Assembly: GCA_963727445.1 (NCBI GenBank) | Contig: CAVSGI010000012.1 | Location: 224,001-288,000, forward strand | Direction: 5' to 3' | Origin: an uncultured delta proteobacterium | GTDB lineage: Bacteria; Myxococcota_A; Polyangia; Polyangiales; B10-G4 | DNA length: 64,000 bases | In this document: in pieces, positions 38,365-49,115 of the stretch | Position numbering within the stretch: the first letter of the stretch is position 1 | Layout: every line of letters begins with the position of its first letter | Program-made: the position numbers and the translations under genes | Notes under the pieces: model-generated | Databases searched by the model: none | What the model was told of the DNA's origin: nothing | Seen by the model: the letters and a program-made list of their open reading frames with translations, nothing else

Positions 38365-39015
38365 ATGTTTCGCGACGCGCCGGACGACGAGATCTACCTC
38401 CGAGGTCGGAGCTCTCTTCGCGTGCACCAGGACGCGCGCAGGCAGCTCTACCGCGCGCCCGGCGGCGCGCTGGGGGCGATGGCGCTCTTGTGGGGGTACG
38501 TTCAGAAGCTCCCCCGAGAGCAAGCGCTCTGCAGTTGCGGATCTCGCCTCGCCCCCCTGTCCCTGCATCCCTTCGAGGACGAGATCACGGCGGATGGCGT
38601 CGCGATGCCCTTCCGCCTCGTGACTGCGGTGCACCCGTGTGAGAGCTGTGGCCTCCGTCACCTCTGGCGCGAAAAGGAGGCGAGGTGGATCTTCGAGGAC
38701 CTGGCCGTCCGCTGCGATTTCCCGGCGGGCTCCCGACACGTGGGGATCGAGCGCGAGGCCGAGGCGCGGCGGGCGGAGATCTGGCAGGTGACGCCAGCGG
38801 AGTTTGCCGCGATCGCTCCGCCGCACCAGGGACGTCACGCGCCGCGTCGGCGACGCTTCTATCGGCCCGCCCGGGGAAAGAGCGAGTGCTACGAATGCGG
38901 CGGCGACGGCGCATGCGTGACCTGCGAGGGCGCCGCCCCGCGCGATTGCATCGACTGCCAAGGAACCGGCCGTTGCATCCTCTGCCGCGGCGCGGGCGAG
39001 CTGAGCGCGACCTGA
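38365..39015 (+). CDS. Hypothetical Zn-finger protein (DnaJ-type CxxCxGxG repeats at C-terminus)
   Basis: CYECGGDGACVTCEG...CIDCQGTGRCILCRGAG; also CSCG...CESC. Confidence 0.65.
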   Translation: MFRDAPDDEIYLRGRSSLRVHQDARRQLYRAPGGALGAMALLWGYVQKLPREQALCSCGSRLAPLSLHPFEDEITADGVAMPFRLVTAVHPCESCGLRHLWREKEARWIFEDLAVRCDFPAGSRHVGIEREAEARRAEIWQVTPAEFAAIAPPHQGRHAPRRRRFYRPARGKSECYECGGDGACVTCEGAAPRDCIDCQGTGRCILCRGAGELSAT

Positions 39016-39043
39016 GCCGGAGGCTCAGCGCCTCGGCACGGGC

Positions 39044-39709
39044 TCAGAAGCAGCGACGGGAACAGATCGCGGTGGAGACGCCCATCGCCATGAAGGGACA
39101 GCACATGTCCCGGGTGTCGGTGCAGTCGCCCGCGGTGTGACAGAGCTCGAAGGAGGTGAAGCCGCCGCACATCGCCGAAGGCGCGCAGTCGACGGAGAAG
39201 CTGCCGCCGCCGCCGGTGCCGCAGCAGACGTCGCCCGAAGCACAATCCTCGGGACCGTCGCAAGCCGCCGTTCCCCCGCCCATGCAGGTGCCGCCCATCG
39301 GGATGCACGAGGTGGTGACCATTCCGGAGCCCACGCCCATGACGCAGCACTCTTCGGTCGCTGCGTCGCAGGTCATCATCCCGCAATCGATCCGCCCGGT
39401 GCTTCCGTCGGCGGTGGACGCGTCGACGACCACGACGCCGCCGTCGGCGCTCGTGCCGCCGTCGGTGACCACGGTCGCGTCGCTCGGGCTCCCCCCGTCG
39501 GTCGCGCCTGCGTCGACGGTGACGCTCCCGTCGACCACCACGCTTCCGTCCGCCGCTCCGCCGTCGGTGCCGCCACCATCCGACGTGCTGCCGCCGGTGT
39601 CGATCGCCGCGTCATCCCCCGCGGCGCCATCCAAGGCATCGTGGGACTCGCCGCAGGCCGCGAGGCTGAAACAGAAGATGGAAACGAAGAGAATGGAAAG
39701 ACTACGCAT
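39044..39709 (-). CDS. Cys-rich lipoprotein
   Basis: Lipobox LAAC; DGG linker; CDGPEDC..GDVCC motif. Confidence 0.8.
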   Translation of the reverse strand: MRSLSILFVSIFCFSLAACGESHDALDGAAGDDAAIDTGGSTSDGGGTDGGAADGSVVVDGSVTVDAGATDGGSPSDATVVTDGGTSADGGVVVVDASTADGSTGRIDCGMMTCDAATEECCVMGVGSGMVTTSCIPMGGTCMGGGTAACDGPEDCASGDVCCGTGGGGSFSVDCAPSAMCGGFTSFELCHTAGDCTDTRDMCCPFMAMGVSTAICSRRCF

Positions 39710-39736
39710 CCTCGAAGAGTAGCAGGATTGCGGTCG

Positions 39737-40609
39737 TCACTCCCAGCTCGGCAGCTGCCAGCCCCAGGTCTGGTAGAGCTGCTTCAGCGCCTGGGCGGCC
39801 TGTGGATTCGGGGTCTTACCGTAGGCGTGGGCGATCAGGCCACGCTCCATGGCGCCGCCATCGCTCTCGGAGAGGTAGGCGTCGACCGGACGTAGCTCGC
39901 TCTCGTCGGGAGGGAGCCACTCGACCTTCTGACCGCTGCCGAATGGGGCGGCTTGCGCGTCGGGCATGCCAGCGCCGACGAGATCCTTGCGCAGTCGCTG
40001 AACGACGGCTGCGTCGACGCCCGATGCCGTCGCTTGCGCGAGCAGCGCCGGGAAGAACGAGGCGCTGTCGAAGGCGAGGAGACGCAGGACGCGCGCGCCC
40101 GGCTGCCAGGAGAGCCACGGAAGCTCGGCGTCGAACATGGGATGAGCGTAGAGACCGATGGCGTTGCCCGCCTTGTCCTCGGCGACGGCGTAGAACCACG
40201 GGTTGGGGCATCCCGCCCGACCGGAGATCCCGGTCTTGAAGGAAGCGGCCGTGAGATCGGCGTGGACCGCGTCGTCTGCATCGGCGCGGGCGAGGAGGGC
40301 GAGCAGGACGTCGCTGGCTCGGACGCCGGACTGCTGCACTGCGTGAAGGCTCGTGCGCGGCGCGGGAGCCGCCGCGCCCCCGGCCTTGGCGAAGGACTTC
40401 GGCGCGTCGGCGACGTGGGCCAGCTCGGTGGCCTTGATGGTGCCGCCGTATCCAGGCCGTGTACCGACCACCTTCACCTTCATGCCGATCGCCGGGACGA
40501 ACGCCTTGCACGCCGTGCCACCGAAGCGAACCCGGTCGCCGTTTTCCATCTCGATCCAACCGAGCCCATCTTCGGGCTCGATCTCGGTAATCGTTCCGAC
40601 GTCGCTCAT
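39737..40609 (-). CDS. Hypothetical protein with N-terminal cold-shock-like OB domain
   Basis: GTITEIEPEDGLGWIEMENGDRVRF...GMKVKV. Confidence 0.6.
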   Translation of the reverse strand: MSDVGTITEIEPEDGLGWIEMENGDRVRFGGTACKAFVPAIGMKVKVVGTRPGYGGTIKATELAHVADAPKSFAKAGGAAAPAPRTSLHAVQQSGVRASDVLLALLARADADDAVHADLTAASFKTGISGRAGCPNPWFYAVAEDKAGNAIGLYAHPMFDAELPWLSWQPGARVLRLLAFDSASFFPALLAQATASGVDAAVVQRLRKDLVGAGMPDAQAAPFGSGQKVEWLPPDESELRPVDAYLSESDGGAMERGLIAHAYGKTPNPQAAQALKQLYQTWGWQLPSWE

Positions 40610-40680
40610 GGCGGGAGCGTACCAAATTGCGACGCGGCGCTCTTCGTCATTTCGACAATCGCCGCCCCTGGGGCGTCGCG

Positions 40681-41928
40681 TCAGCGTTCGGCGAAGAGCC
40701 GGCCGCGCTCGGTGGTGAGCACCACGGTCAGGGAGAGGACGCCGAGCACGACGAAGCCGAGGAGCACCGGCATGGTGGTGCCGTCGTATTGACGCGCGAT
40801 GGCGCCGCCGATGACGCCCGAGAGGGTCGTGGTGGCGAAGCCGAAAGCGGAAGAGGCCGTGCCGGCGATCTCGCCCAGCGGCTCCATCGCGAGGGCGTTG
40901 AAGTTGGTCCCGATGAGCCCGAAGAACGCGAACATCAGGCCGAAGAGGGGGAAGAAGAGCCAGAGCTCCTGCCCCACGAAGCGCATCGAGAGCCAGAGCA
41001 CGATGGCGATGACGGTGAAGACAACCAGAGCAAAGTGGCTCATGCGCCGCATCCCGAAGCGTTCGACCAGGTTCGCGTTCGCGAAGTTCGCGGCCGAGAG
41101 CATGGCGGCGACCACCGCGAACCACAGGACGAAGGTCTCTCCCTGATCGAACACCTCGCGGAAGATCTGCTCTGCGGAGGAGACGAAGGCGAAGAGCGCG
41201 CCGAAGATGATGCCACCTGCCAGCATGTAGCCGAGCGTGACGCGGCTCCGGCCGATCATGCGGTACGCAGCGAAGGTCGTCGCGAGGTCGAGGGGCCGGC
41301 GCGCATCGGCCGGCAGGGTCTCCGGGAGCCGCACGAAGATCCAACCGAGCATGGCGAGGCCCGCGAAGGTGAGGACGTAGAAGCACCACCGCCAGGGCGC
41401 GACGAAGAGCACTACCTGGCCGAGGGCTGGCGCGAGGATGGGCACGATCATGAAGACGGTCATCACCAGCGACATGATTCGCGCCATGCCGCGCCCCCGG
41501 TAGAGGTCGCGTACCACCGCGAGGGAGACCACACGGCAGCCGGACGCGAAGACGCCCTGCACGAAACGCATCGCGAGCAATAGCGCGAAGCTCTGTGCCA
41601 TTGCGCAGGCGAGCCCCGCGATCGCATACCCGACGAGAGAAACGAAGAGGACCGGCCGTCGACCGAAGCGATCGGAGATGGGCCCGAAGACCAGCTGCGG
41701 CGCGCCGATGCCGAGGATGTAGGCGACGACCACCAGCTGCTGGTCGTTGGGGTTCTGAACGTGGAGATCACTCGCGATGATCCCGAGGGCCGGGAGCATC
41801 ACGTCGATCGCGAGGGCGTTGAGCGCCATGAGCCCCGCCACCATCGGAACCAGCTCCCGTGTGTGGAGCGGTAAGCCCACGCCGACCTCTGGCTCAGCGG
41901 TGGGGATGGCGGAATCGGGAGAGGACAC
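40681..41928 (-). CDS. Bcr/CflA-family multidrug efflux MFS transporter
   Basis: ALAIDVMLPAL, GPISDRFGRRPV, VRDLYRG, PILAPALG, LPETL. Confidence 0.92.
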   Translation of the reverse strand: MSSPDSAIPTAEPEVGVGLPLHTRELVPMVAGLMALNALAIDVMLPALGIIASDLHVQNPNDQQLVVVAYILGIGAPQLVFGPISDRFGRRPVLFVSLVGYAIAGLACAMAQSFALLLAMRFVQGVFASGCRVVSLAVVRDLYRGRGMARIMSLVMTVFMIVPILAPALGQVVLFVAPWRWCFYVLTFAGLAMLGWIFVRLPETLPADARRPLDLATTFAAYRMIGRSRVTLGYMLAGGIIFGALFAFVSSAEQIFREVFDQGETFVLWFAVVAAMLSAANFANANLVERFGMRRMSHFALVVFTVIAIVLWLSMRFVGQELWLFFPLFGLMFAFFGLIGTNFNALAMEPLGEIAGTASSAFGFATTTLSGVIGGAIARQYDGTTMPVLLGFVVLGVLSLTVVLTTERGRLFAER

Positions 41929-42039
41929 CGCCCTCTTCTTGGGGCATCGGACGCGGGCGGTAAAGAGGGAAAGGCTGGAGGCGTCCTTCTCTCGAACGAG
42001 TGGTTGACCGTGCGCGGCTTTCGCGGCCCACTCCCGGCC

Positions 42040-42441
42040 ATGCGCCTTTCGGTTCTCTGCCTTTCCCTCGTGGTCGCCCTCGGCTGCGGCGGCACGAGCG
42101 AGACCGAAAGGCGTGGTGAGCTGCCGCCTCCCGATACGACCGGTGGTGCGACCGAACAGATGGCCGACGACGGGCGCATCTTTCTCGCCCTGCCGGAGGA
42201 TGGCTCGTTGGGTGATCTCGCGTCGGTTCTGAGGCGCCGCCGCGACGAAGGGACGCCGATCCTGCAGATCATCATTCACACCGCCCGCTCGGCCCACGCC
42301 GACGCGGCGCAGAACTACCTGGACGCGATCCGCGCGCTCACACGAAGCCTGGAGCTCGAGCCCGAAGTCTTGATCGGTGCGCCGGCTGAGGCGCCGCTCG
42401 TGACGATCGTGACGCGACACCCTGCGCCCGTGGGCCCCTGA
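42040..42441 (+). CDS. Hypothetical lipoprotein
   Basis: Lipobox VALGC. Confidence 0.65.
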   Translation: MRLSVLCLSLVVALGCGGTSETERRGELPPPDTTGGATEQMADDGRIFLALPEDGSLGDLASVLRRRRDEGTPILQIIIHTARSAHADAAQNYLDAIRALTRSLELEPEVLIGAPAEAPLVTIVTRHPAPVGP

Positions 42442-42452
42442 CGGCGTCTCGC

Positions 42453-43160
42453 TCAGGCCTGGGCGCGGCGTGACGTGACCACGTCCAACAGGGGGCCGAT
42501 TCCTTCGCCGCGGCTCAGCGCGATCAAGCGCGCGCCGCTCGCACCGGCGGAGAGCGCGCGCCCATATGGCTGATCGGCACCCCAGACGACACGAACGATC
42601 TCCGGGGGGAGCTCCTTGAGCGCAGCCGCGACGTTGGATGGCGGCATGAGACAGGGATCGTACCCGTCCACCACCACGACCAGCGGCTTCTTCTCGTTCA
42701 CGACCGCGCGGAGGGTGCGGACGCTGGGCGCGTGAGACACCTCGGCGAGCTCGCTGCCGAGGGCGATGACCAGAGTGCGTCCCAGCTTCTGCGTCTTGGC
42801 CAGGATCGTGACCGGGACCAGCTCGTTCACCCCCGACACCGCCAGGGTCTTGGTCACCGTGGGCTCCTTGCCGGCGTGCACCAGGTCGGGCCATGCCTCA
42901 TCGGATTCGGGGCGGAGGCCGAGCATGCGATCGAGTCGCGAGGCGACCTGTTCGCGGATGTCGGCGCCGGCCGCCGCTTCCAGGGCGGGAAGGAGCGAGC
43001 GCTCGACGAAACCCAGGACGGCGTCGTCATCATCGGGAACCGCACCATGCGCCACCAACGCCTCGAACATCACGCGGGTGGCGCGCTCGGGGCTGATCGC
43101 CTCCTCCAAGGTCTGGCGGATGATGAGAACCTCGGCGTCGGGCGGAGGCACGGTCGACAC
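42453..43160 (-). CDS. Hypothetical protein (degenerate receiver-like C-terminus); start uncertain
   Basis: Good codon bias; KPLVVVVDG beta-alpha pattern. Confidence 0.5.
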   Translation of the reverse strand: MSTVPPPDAEVLIIRQTLEEAISPERATRVMFEALVAHGAVPDDDDAVLGFVERSLLPALEAAAGADIREQVASRLDRMLGLRPESDEAWPDLVHAGKEPTVTKTLAVSGVNELVPVTILAKTQKLGRTLVIALGSELAEVSHAPSVRTLRAVVNEKKPLVVVVDGYDPCLMPPSNVAAALKELPPEIVRVVWGADQPYGRALSAGASGARLIALSRGEGIGPLLDVVTSRRAQA

Positions 43161-43233
43161 GCCGGCTACTATGCCAGAAAAGAAGATGCGGTCACTTGAC
43201 CAGGCGGGAGGCACCTGGTTTCGTTGACGAACG

Positions 43234-44097
43234 ATGGGACGTTTTCGGTCGATTTCCGGCGTGACCGCGTTGCTCTTGGCGCTCTCCTCGAGCGCCTGTG
43301 CCAACGACACGTCCGATCCGGGTCCGAGTGCCGCGGTGACGGATACGGTCGCCGGTTTCGACGTGAGCCCGGGTGGCGCCGCGGACGGGTCGAGCTTCGT
43401 CATCGACGCTGCTTTCGGCGAGAGCTACACGGGCCACCTCGAGCCACTGCCGCCGGGAAGCGATCGCTCGCTGGAGGACATGGAGGGGCACATGGCCATC
43501 CTCCGCCTTCGCCTTGTCGACGACGCGACCTTCGCCGTCGTGCTCCGGCGCACCGGAGGGAGCCTCGATCCCTTCCTCATCGTGCGCGACCGCGCAGATT
43601 TCGACGTGTCGCACGACGACCAGGCCGTGCTCCCGATGGCCGAAGAGTCCGATGCACTCACCGTCATCAACGGTACGGCCGGCGCCGACTACGTCATCTT
43701 CGGCTCCGACCGCGAGCTCGCCCAGAGCGGCGACTATCGGATCGACGTCATCGGGCTCGACGTGCCGACCGTGGATTTCGGCGTCACCAACGCTGGGCTA
43801 CGGGCCGTCACCGACATCCTCCGGACCAACGAGCCGACCCTCGCGGGCTATCTCGCCGATGGCGTGCTGGTCGAAGAGGTCGATGGGAGTGTCTCCATCG
43901 ACTCGGGCGGCGCCATGACGCTCCCGCTGGCCGAGCGCGCGAGCCTCAACGGCTTCGTGTCGAACCTCAACACCACGCGCACGACCCTCTTCGAGCAGAT
44001 CCTCTACGCCCACAGCCTCGAGGTCACGGACGAGGCCAAGGCCCTCGTCGGACAGGGAATGGCTCAGGTGTGGTGGGGCGCGCGCCGCGCCCCCTGA
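43234..44097 (+). CDS. Hypothetical lipoprotein (PPC-like beta-sandwich possible)
   Basis: Lipobox SSAC; GSLDPFLIV...DD...Y.I...SGDYRI. Confidence 0.65.
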   Translation: MGRFRSISGVTALLLALSSSACANDTSDPGPSAAVTDTVAGFDVSPGGAADGSSFVIDAAFGESYTGHLEPLPPGSDRSLEDMEGHMAILRLRLVDDATFAVVLRRTGGSLDPFLIVRDRADFDVSHDDQAVLPMAEESDALTVINGTAGADYVIFGSDRELAQSGDYRIDVIGLDVPTVDFGVTNAGLRAVTDILRTNEPTLAGYLADGVLVEEVDGSVSIDSGGAMTLPLAERASLNGFVSNLNTTRTTLFEQILYAHSLEVTDEAKALVGQGMAQVWWGARRAP

Positions 44098-44748
44098 TCA
44101 CGCCGGGGCGACGACATCCGCGGGCTCGCCGCCGAAGTGGTCCCAGAACTCGGCGCGTACGTTGTGATGGGGGAAGGGCTGGTCGGGGACCGGCACTTGG
44201 AGGAACTCGCAGAGCGGCTCCCAGCCGTCGGCGACGTTGAAGACGAGGAGTCGCTCCTTCGGGATGAGCTCGCGAACCCGGCGGTTGTTCTGCCGGTAGG
44301 CGGCGATGGCGGATTCCCTGTCGGTGAAGTCGGTGAAGGTCTGCTTCAGGAAGCCGCCCTTCATCGTCGCGAAGATGTCCGCGAAGTGCGGCGGGAGTTG
44401 GAGCGTCTCGGACAGAGCGAAGAACTTGCCGATGGTCTTCGAAAAGCTCCTCCACCAGTCCTCTTCGGGGCGCTCGGTGTGGATGACCTTCGCCTCGGGG
44501 AAGGCGATGGATGCCTCGTGCCAGACCTGGGCGCCTGGCCAGTCCACCTGGCTGTTGTAACCGCGATACACCTCCGCCCAGTCGACGTCCTCGCGCGCGA
44601 AGACCGCCTTCCAGTGCGCCAGCTGTTCCGGGTGCTCCATGATTTCCGTCATGTGGTGGGTCGGCCCGAAGCCGAGGGTCCCGAGAGCGTCTTTCATGGT
44701 CATGGTTCCGGTGCGGCCGAAGCCCGAGCCGATGATCTTCAGGGTCAT
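44098..44748 (-). CDS. Sulfotransferase-family protein (Sulfotransfer_4-like)
   Basis: IIGSGFGRTGT, VDWP, IPKERLLVF..DGWEPLCEFL..P...PFPH.N. Confidence 0.9.
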   Translation of the reverse strand: MTLKIIGSGFGRTGTMTMKDALGTLGFGPTHHMTEIMEHPEQLAHWKAVFAREDVDWAEVYRGYNSQVDWPGAQVWHEASIAFPEAKVIHTERPEEDWWRSFSKTIGKFFALSETLQLPPHFADIFATMKGGFLKQTFTDFTDRESAIAAYRQNNRRVRELIPKERLLVFNVADGWEPLCEFLQVPVPDQPFPHHNVRAEFWDHFGGEPADVVAPA

Positions 44749-44826
44749 GTCTTTTCTCCGTCGTTCGAGGTGAGATAGGTTTCGGATGGTTCGGGTCGTC
44801 GGGCCAGCGAAACGATTTCATGCGCC

Positions 44827-45780
44827 GTGAATGAGATTCAGCTCCACCAGATCGACCTGAATTTGCTGGTCGTCTTCGAGGTTTTGATGGAGGAGCGCAG
44901 CGTCACGCGGGCCGCCAAGAAGCTCGGCAAGACGCCTTCCGCGGTGAGCCATGCGCTCGGTCGACTGCGCGATCAGGTGGGCGACCCGTTGATGGTCAAG
45001 GTCGGCGGCAAGATGCAGCCGAGCCCCTTCGCCGAGGCGCTGATCACGGACGTTCGGCCGATCCTGAAGAAGATCGCGCGGATCGTGCAGCCGCCCGAGC
45101 CTTTCGAGCCGGCGACCAGTCATCGCGTCTTCCGGATCGCGACGCCCCACCTCACGCCGCTCACCGCCGACGTCTCCGAGCGCGTTCATGCCGAGGCGCC
45201 GAACGTCGGGCTCGAGTGGCGTTCCATCAACTCGAAGGACTACCAGCTCGTCGCGGAGGGCGAGCTGGACCTCGCCCTCGGCGCCATCCAAAAGGTGCCG
45301 GAAGGCATCGTCCACGAGGAGCTACCGACGCTGAGGCGCTACACCTTCGCTCGCGACGGGCATCCGGCGCTCGAGCGCTGGGACGAAGCTGCCTGGATCT
45401 TCTGGCCGCACGTCATGGTGGGCATCTCCGATGCGGCGCGCCAAACGGTCGAGGAGCGCATGGCTCAGATGGGCGTCGAGCGCCGCGTGGGGGCGCGCAT
45501 CCCGGAGTTCAGCGCCATCGCGCCGCTCCTCGCTTCGACCAACATGCTGGCCAACCAGGTGCCCATCTTCATGGTCGACGACATCGCGCGCTACGGGCTG
45601 CGTATCCTCGAGTCACCGGTTGCGTTGCCCGACCTGACGCTGCGCTTCGTCTGGAGCGCTCGCCTGGCGAACGAGCCGGGCACGCGGTGGCTCCGCGAGA
45701 TCGTGATGGAGAGCTTCGGACGCGTCGTCGAGCGCGCCGAGTCCATCGTCCGAGAAGCCGGCATCATCGAGCCGGTGTGA
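44827..45780 (+). CDS. LysR-family transcriptional regulator
   Basis: IDLNLLVVFEVLMEERSVTRAA..LG.TPSAVSHALGRLR; divergent from the sulfotransferase. Confidence 0.93.
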   Translation: MNEIQLHQIDLNLLVVFEVLMEERSVTRAAKKLGKTPSAVSHALGRLRDQVGDPLMVKVGGKMQPSPFAEALITDVRPILKKIARIVQPPEPFEPATSHRVFRIATPHLTPLTADVSERVHAEAPNVGLEWRSINSKDYQLVAEGELDLALGAIQKVPEGIVHEELPTLRRYTFARDGHPALERWDEAAWIFWPHVMVGISDAARQTVEERMAQMGVERRVGARIPEFSAIAPLLASTNMLANQVPIFMVDDIARYGLRILESPVALPDLTLRFVWSARLANEPGTRWLREIVMESFGRVVERAESIVREAGIIEPV

Positions 45781-45828
45781 CGCGTCACGGCGAAGAAACC
45801 AGCGCAACGGATGGGGTATGCTCGGCGC

Positions 45829-47205
45829 ATGGCTTTCCTCCGCCCTCGCTCTCGTTTCCTCCTCGCGACCTTTCTCCTCATGGCTGCGTGTAGCGGCGAC
45901 GACGGTGCAGCGGACACCGGCGCATCTGACGCGGCGCCGGACGCGAGTGATGCGGGTCCCGACGCAGATGCGTCGCCGGACGGTGCGGCTGACGCCACAC
46001 CGGATGCGGACGCGAGCATGGACGCGGCCCCTGACGCTGCGGACGCGGGGTCCGACGCATCCGATGCCTCGGCCGACGCGTACGATTCGGCGGCGGACAC
46101 GTCCGACGCGGCGGCTGATGCCGCGACCGACGGAGGAACCGCGGCGGTGGTCACGGCGCGGACGATGGCCCTGGGCAATGGGCACACCTGCGTGATCTCT
46201 TCGACCAACACGGTTCTCTGCTGGGGGCACAACGACAAGGGGCAGCTCGGGGACGGAACGACGACCGATCGGAGCGCGCCCACTACCGTGCCCGGCATCG
46301 GTGGCGCGCGCTCTGTCGCCGCCGGCCACTCGCATACCTGCGTGGTCCTCGACACGGGGGAGGCGCGCTGCTGGGGTGAGAACGGGTCCGGCCAGGTCGG
46401 CTCAGGCGCGACCTCGACGCTCGAGGCCTCTCCGCTCGCGGTATCCGGCATCACGAACGCCGAGCGGATCGAGTCGTTCTGGGCGCACAGCTGTGCGCTC
46501 CTCGCGGACCAGACGGTCGCGTGCTGGGGCTCGAACAGCGGACGCCTCGGTGACACGACGACGACGACGCGGAGCGCTCCGGTGGCCATGGACGGGATCA
46601 CCGGCGCCATCGACGTCGGTGCCGGCTGGGGTCACTCCTGCGTGGCGCTCACGGGAGGCGGCGTTCGGTGCGCGGGGACCTACAACAACTGGGGACAGCT
46701 CGGGGACGGGACGACGATGACGCGCCTGTCGCCCGTCGACGTCTTGGACCTGAGCAACGCGGTCGCGCTCGGGATCGGCAGCTACCACTCCTGTGCGATC
46801 ACCTCGGCGGGCACCGTTCGCTGCTGGGGAAACAACCAGACGGGTGCGCTGGGCATCGGGACGACGGACGATTCAGTGCACGGGATGCCGGTCGACGTGC
46901 CCGGGCTGAGCGATGTCGTCCAGATCCGCGGCGGGAGCGCGCTGACCTGCGCCATCACATCCAGCGGGGCGCTCTATTGCTGGGGAAATGGCATCGGGGA
47001 CGGAAGCAGCACCACGCATCCATCCCCCGTGGAGATCACGAGCGTTACCGACGCGGTCGAGATCGCGCTCGGCACCGATCACGCGTGCGTGAAGTCGGGC
47101 TCGGGGGCGATCCAGTGCTGGGGTTGGAACGGCTACGGCCAGCTCGGCGATGGCACGACGACCGACGCCGACGCGCCGGTGATGGTGACGGGCTCGCCTT
47201 TCTGA
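45829..47205 (+). CDS. RCC1-repeat (beta-propeller) lipoprotein
   Basis: Lipobox MAAC; repeated H[ST]C....G.V.CWG.N..GQLG.GT. Confidence 0.92.
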   Translation: MAFLRPRSRFLLATFLLMAACSGDDGAADTGASDAAPDASDAGPDADASPDGAADATPDADASMDAAPDAADAGSDASDASADAYDSAADTSDAAADAATDGGTAAVVTARTMALGNGHTCVISSTNTVLCWGHNDKGQLGDGTTTDRSAPTTVPGIGGARSVAAGHSHTCVVLDTGEARCWGENGSGQVGSGATSTLEASPLAVSGITNAERIESFWAHSCALLADQTVACWGSNSGRLGDTTTTTRSAPVAMDGITGAIDVGAGWGHSCVALTGGGVRCAGTYNNWGQLGDGTTMTRLSPVDVLDLSNAVALGIGSYHSCAITSAGTVRCWGNNQTGALGIGTTDDSVHGMPVDVPGLSDVVQIRGGSALTCAITSSGALYCWGNGIGDGSSTTHPSPVEITSVTDAVEIALGTDHACVKSGSGAIQCWGWNGYGQLGDGTTTDADAPVMVTGSPF

Positions 47206-47339
47206 AGCTCTGCTGCGCCTTGCGCTGCACGACTCTCACGGATGCTAACGCGCCGACTGCAATTGTTCGTGAGCGCTGAACTGCGCGTCGCAAAACTCGC
47301 GTGTCAACTCCGTTGACAGGCACGGAGTTCGGGCGTTTC

Positions 47340-49115
47340 ATGGAATTCGTGCTTCGTTGTCTTGTCGCGCTGGGGGGCGTCGTCGTCCTTCTCTGCGGCT
47401 GCGATGAAGCGACGTCGGGCACATCGGGATGCCCGAGTGACACCGCCGGGCTTCAGAGCGAGATCCTCATTCCTCGCTGCGCAACCTCCGGCTGTCATTC
47501 CGCGGCGGACATGGCCCAGGGGCTCGACCTGGAGTCTCCCGGGCTCGAATCGCGTCTGGTGGATGTGCCCGCGCGTGGATGCGAGGCGCAGGTGCTGGTG
47601 GTGCCGGGCAGTCCCGGCGCGTCGCACCTCTTTCGCAAGCTGACCGACGTGTCGCCCCTCTGCGGGACGCGCATGCCGTACCAGAACGAGCCGCTCTCCC
47701 TCGACGAGCAGCGCTGCGTGATGGACTGGATCGCCGGGCTCCCGCCCCTCCCCGCCACGGACGCGGGCATGAGCGACGGTGGAAACGTCTGCGGCGCCGG
47801 CCTCACGGATTGTGGCGGCATGTGCGTCGACACCATGACCAGTGTGTCGGACTGCGGGGCCTGCGGTGCCGCGTGCCCGCCTGGGGCCACCTGCGACACG
47901 GGAACGTGCGCTTGCCCCGCGGGCCTCGACCAATGTGGCAACGATTGCTTCGACCTCCAGACGGAGGCTTCGCATTGCGGCAGCTGCGACACGGTGTGCT
48001 CTGCGGGTCAGACCTGTGTCGACGGGGCCTGTTCGTGCAGCGGCGGGCTCGCGGATTGTGGTGGCACCTGCGTGGACACCCAGACGAGCGAGAGTCAGTG
48101 CGGCGATTGCTCGACCGCGTGTGCGGCAGGTGAGATCTGCACGAGCGGCTCCTGCACGTGCACCGCCGGGCTCACGCTCTGTGGAACGACGTGCGTCGAC
48201 GTCATGACGGATGTCGCACACTGCGGCGCTTGCGGCACGGCCTGTTCTGCTGGCGACGTGTGCTCGGGCGGCGCCTGCCTCTCCACGTGCCCGGCGGGCA
48301 CCACCGACTGCACCGGTTCCTGTGTCGATACGGCGTCGAGCACCTTGAACTGTGGCGCCTGCGGGCGCGCGTGCCCTTCCGGAACGACCTGCTCCGGCGG
48401 CGTCTGCGTTTGTGAATCGGGCCTCATGCTCTGCGGTTCGAGCTGCGTCGATACGAGCAGCGATTCGGGTAACTGCGGCACGTGCGCGCACCGCTGCCCG
48501 ACCGGGACCTCCTGTTCCTCCGGGACTTGTACCTGCGGTTCGGGGCTCACCCTCTGTGGTTCGAGTTGTGTGGACCTCACCAGCAGCTCGAGCAACTGTG
48601 GCGCATGCGGGCGCGCATGCACGGGCAGCACGTCGTGTTCCGGCGGTGCGTGCACGTGCAGCGCCGGGCTGACGCTCTGCGGTTCGAGCTGCGTCGACGT
48701 CTCCACCGATCCTTCGAACTGCGGCTCGTGTGGAAGCGTCTGTCCGAGCGGCGAGATGTGCATGGGAGGGACGTGCAGCTGTGGTCCCAGCGTCTCCTTC
48801 GCGTCCGACGTACAGCCGATCTTCACCTCGAGTTGTGCCTTGATGGGCTGTCACGCCGGCGCCGCTCCCGCGCAGGGGATGTCGCTCGAGCCGGGGAGCG
48901 CATTCGGCGAGATCGTCGGCGTCCCGGCGTCCGAATGCATGGACGGACGCTTGCGCGTCGAGCCTGGTGCGCCCACGACGAGCTACCTGATCCACAAGCT
49001 GACCGGCGTCGCCATGTGCTCCGGGAACATGATGCCCGCGCGCGGATCCTCGATTCCGTCCTCGCAGCTGGCGCTCATTCAAGGGTGGATTTGCGAGGGG
49101 GCGCCGAACAACTGA
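47340..49115 (+). CDS. Lipoprotein with two CX4CH cytochrome-c-like domains flanking 8 Cys-rich (MXAN_6577/STIG1-like) repeats
   Basis: Lipobox LCGC; CATSGCH...RMP and CALMGCH...MMP...WI.EGA; ~41-aa repeats C..G...C...CVD......CG.C...C. Confidence 0.82.
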   Translation: MEFVLRCLVALGGVVVLLCGCDEATSGTSGCPSDTAGLQSEILIPRCATSGCHSAADMAQGLDLESPGLESRLVDVPARGCEAQVLVVPGSPGASHLFRKLTDVSPLCGTRMPYQNEPLSLDEQRCVMDWIAGLPPLPATDAGMSDGGNVCGAGLTDCGGMCVDTMTSVSDCGACGAACPPGATCDTGTCACPAGLDQCGNDCFDLQTEASHCGSCDTVCSAGQTCVDGACSCSGGLADCGGTCVDTQTSESQCGDCSTACAAGEICTSGSCTCTAGLTLCGTTCVDVMTDVAHCGACGTACSAGDVCSGGACLSTCPAGTTDCTGSCVDTASSTLNCGACGRACPSGTTCSGGVCVCESGLMLCGSSCVDTSSDSGNCGTCAHRCPTGTSCSSGTCTCGSGLTLCGSSCVDLTSSSSNCGACGRACTGSTSCSGGACTCSAGLTLCGSSCVDVSTDPSNCGSCGSVCPSGEMCMGGTCSCGPSVSFASDVQPIFTSSCALMGCHAGAAPAQGMSLEPGSAFGEIVGVPASECMDGRLRVEPGAPTTSYLIHKLTGVAMCSGNMMPARGSSIPSSQLALIQGWICEGAPNN

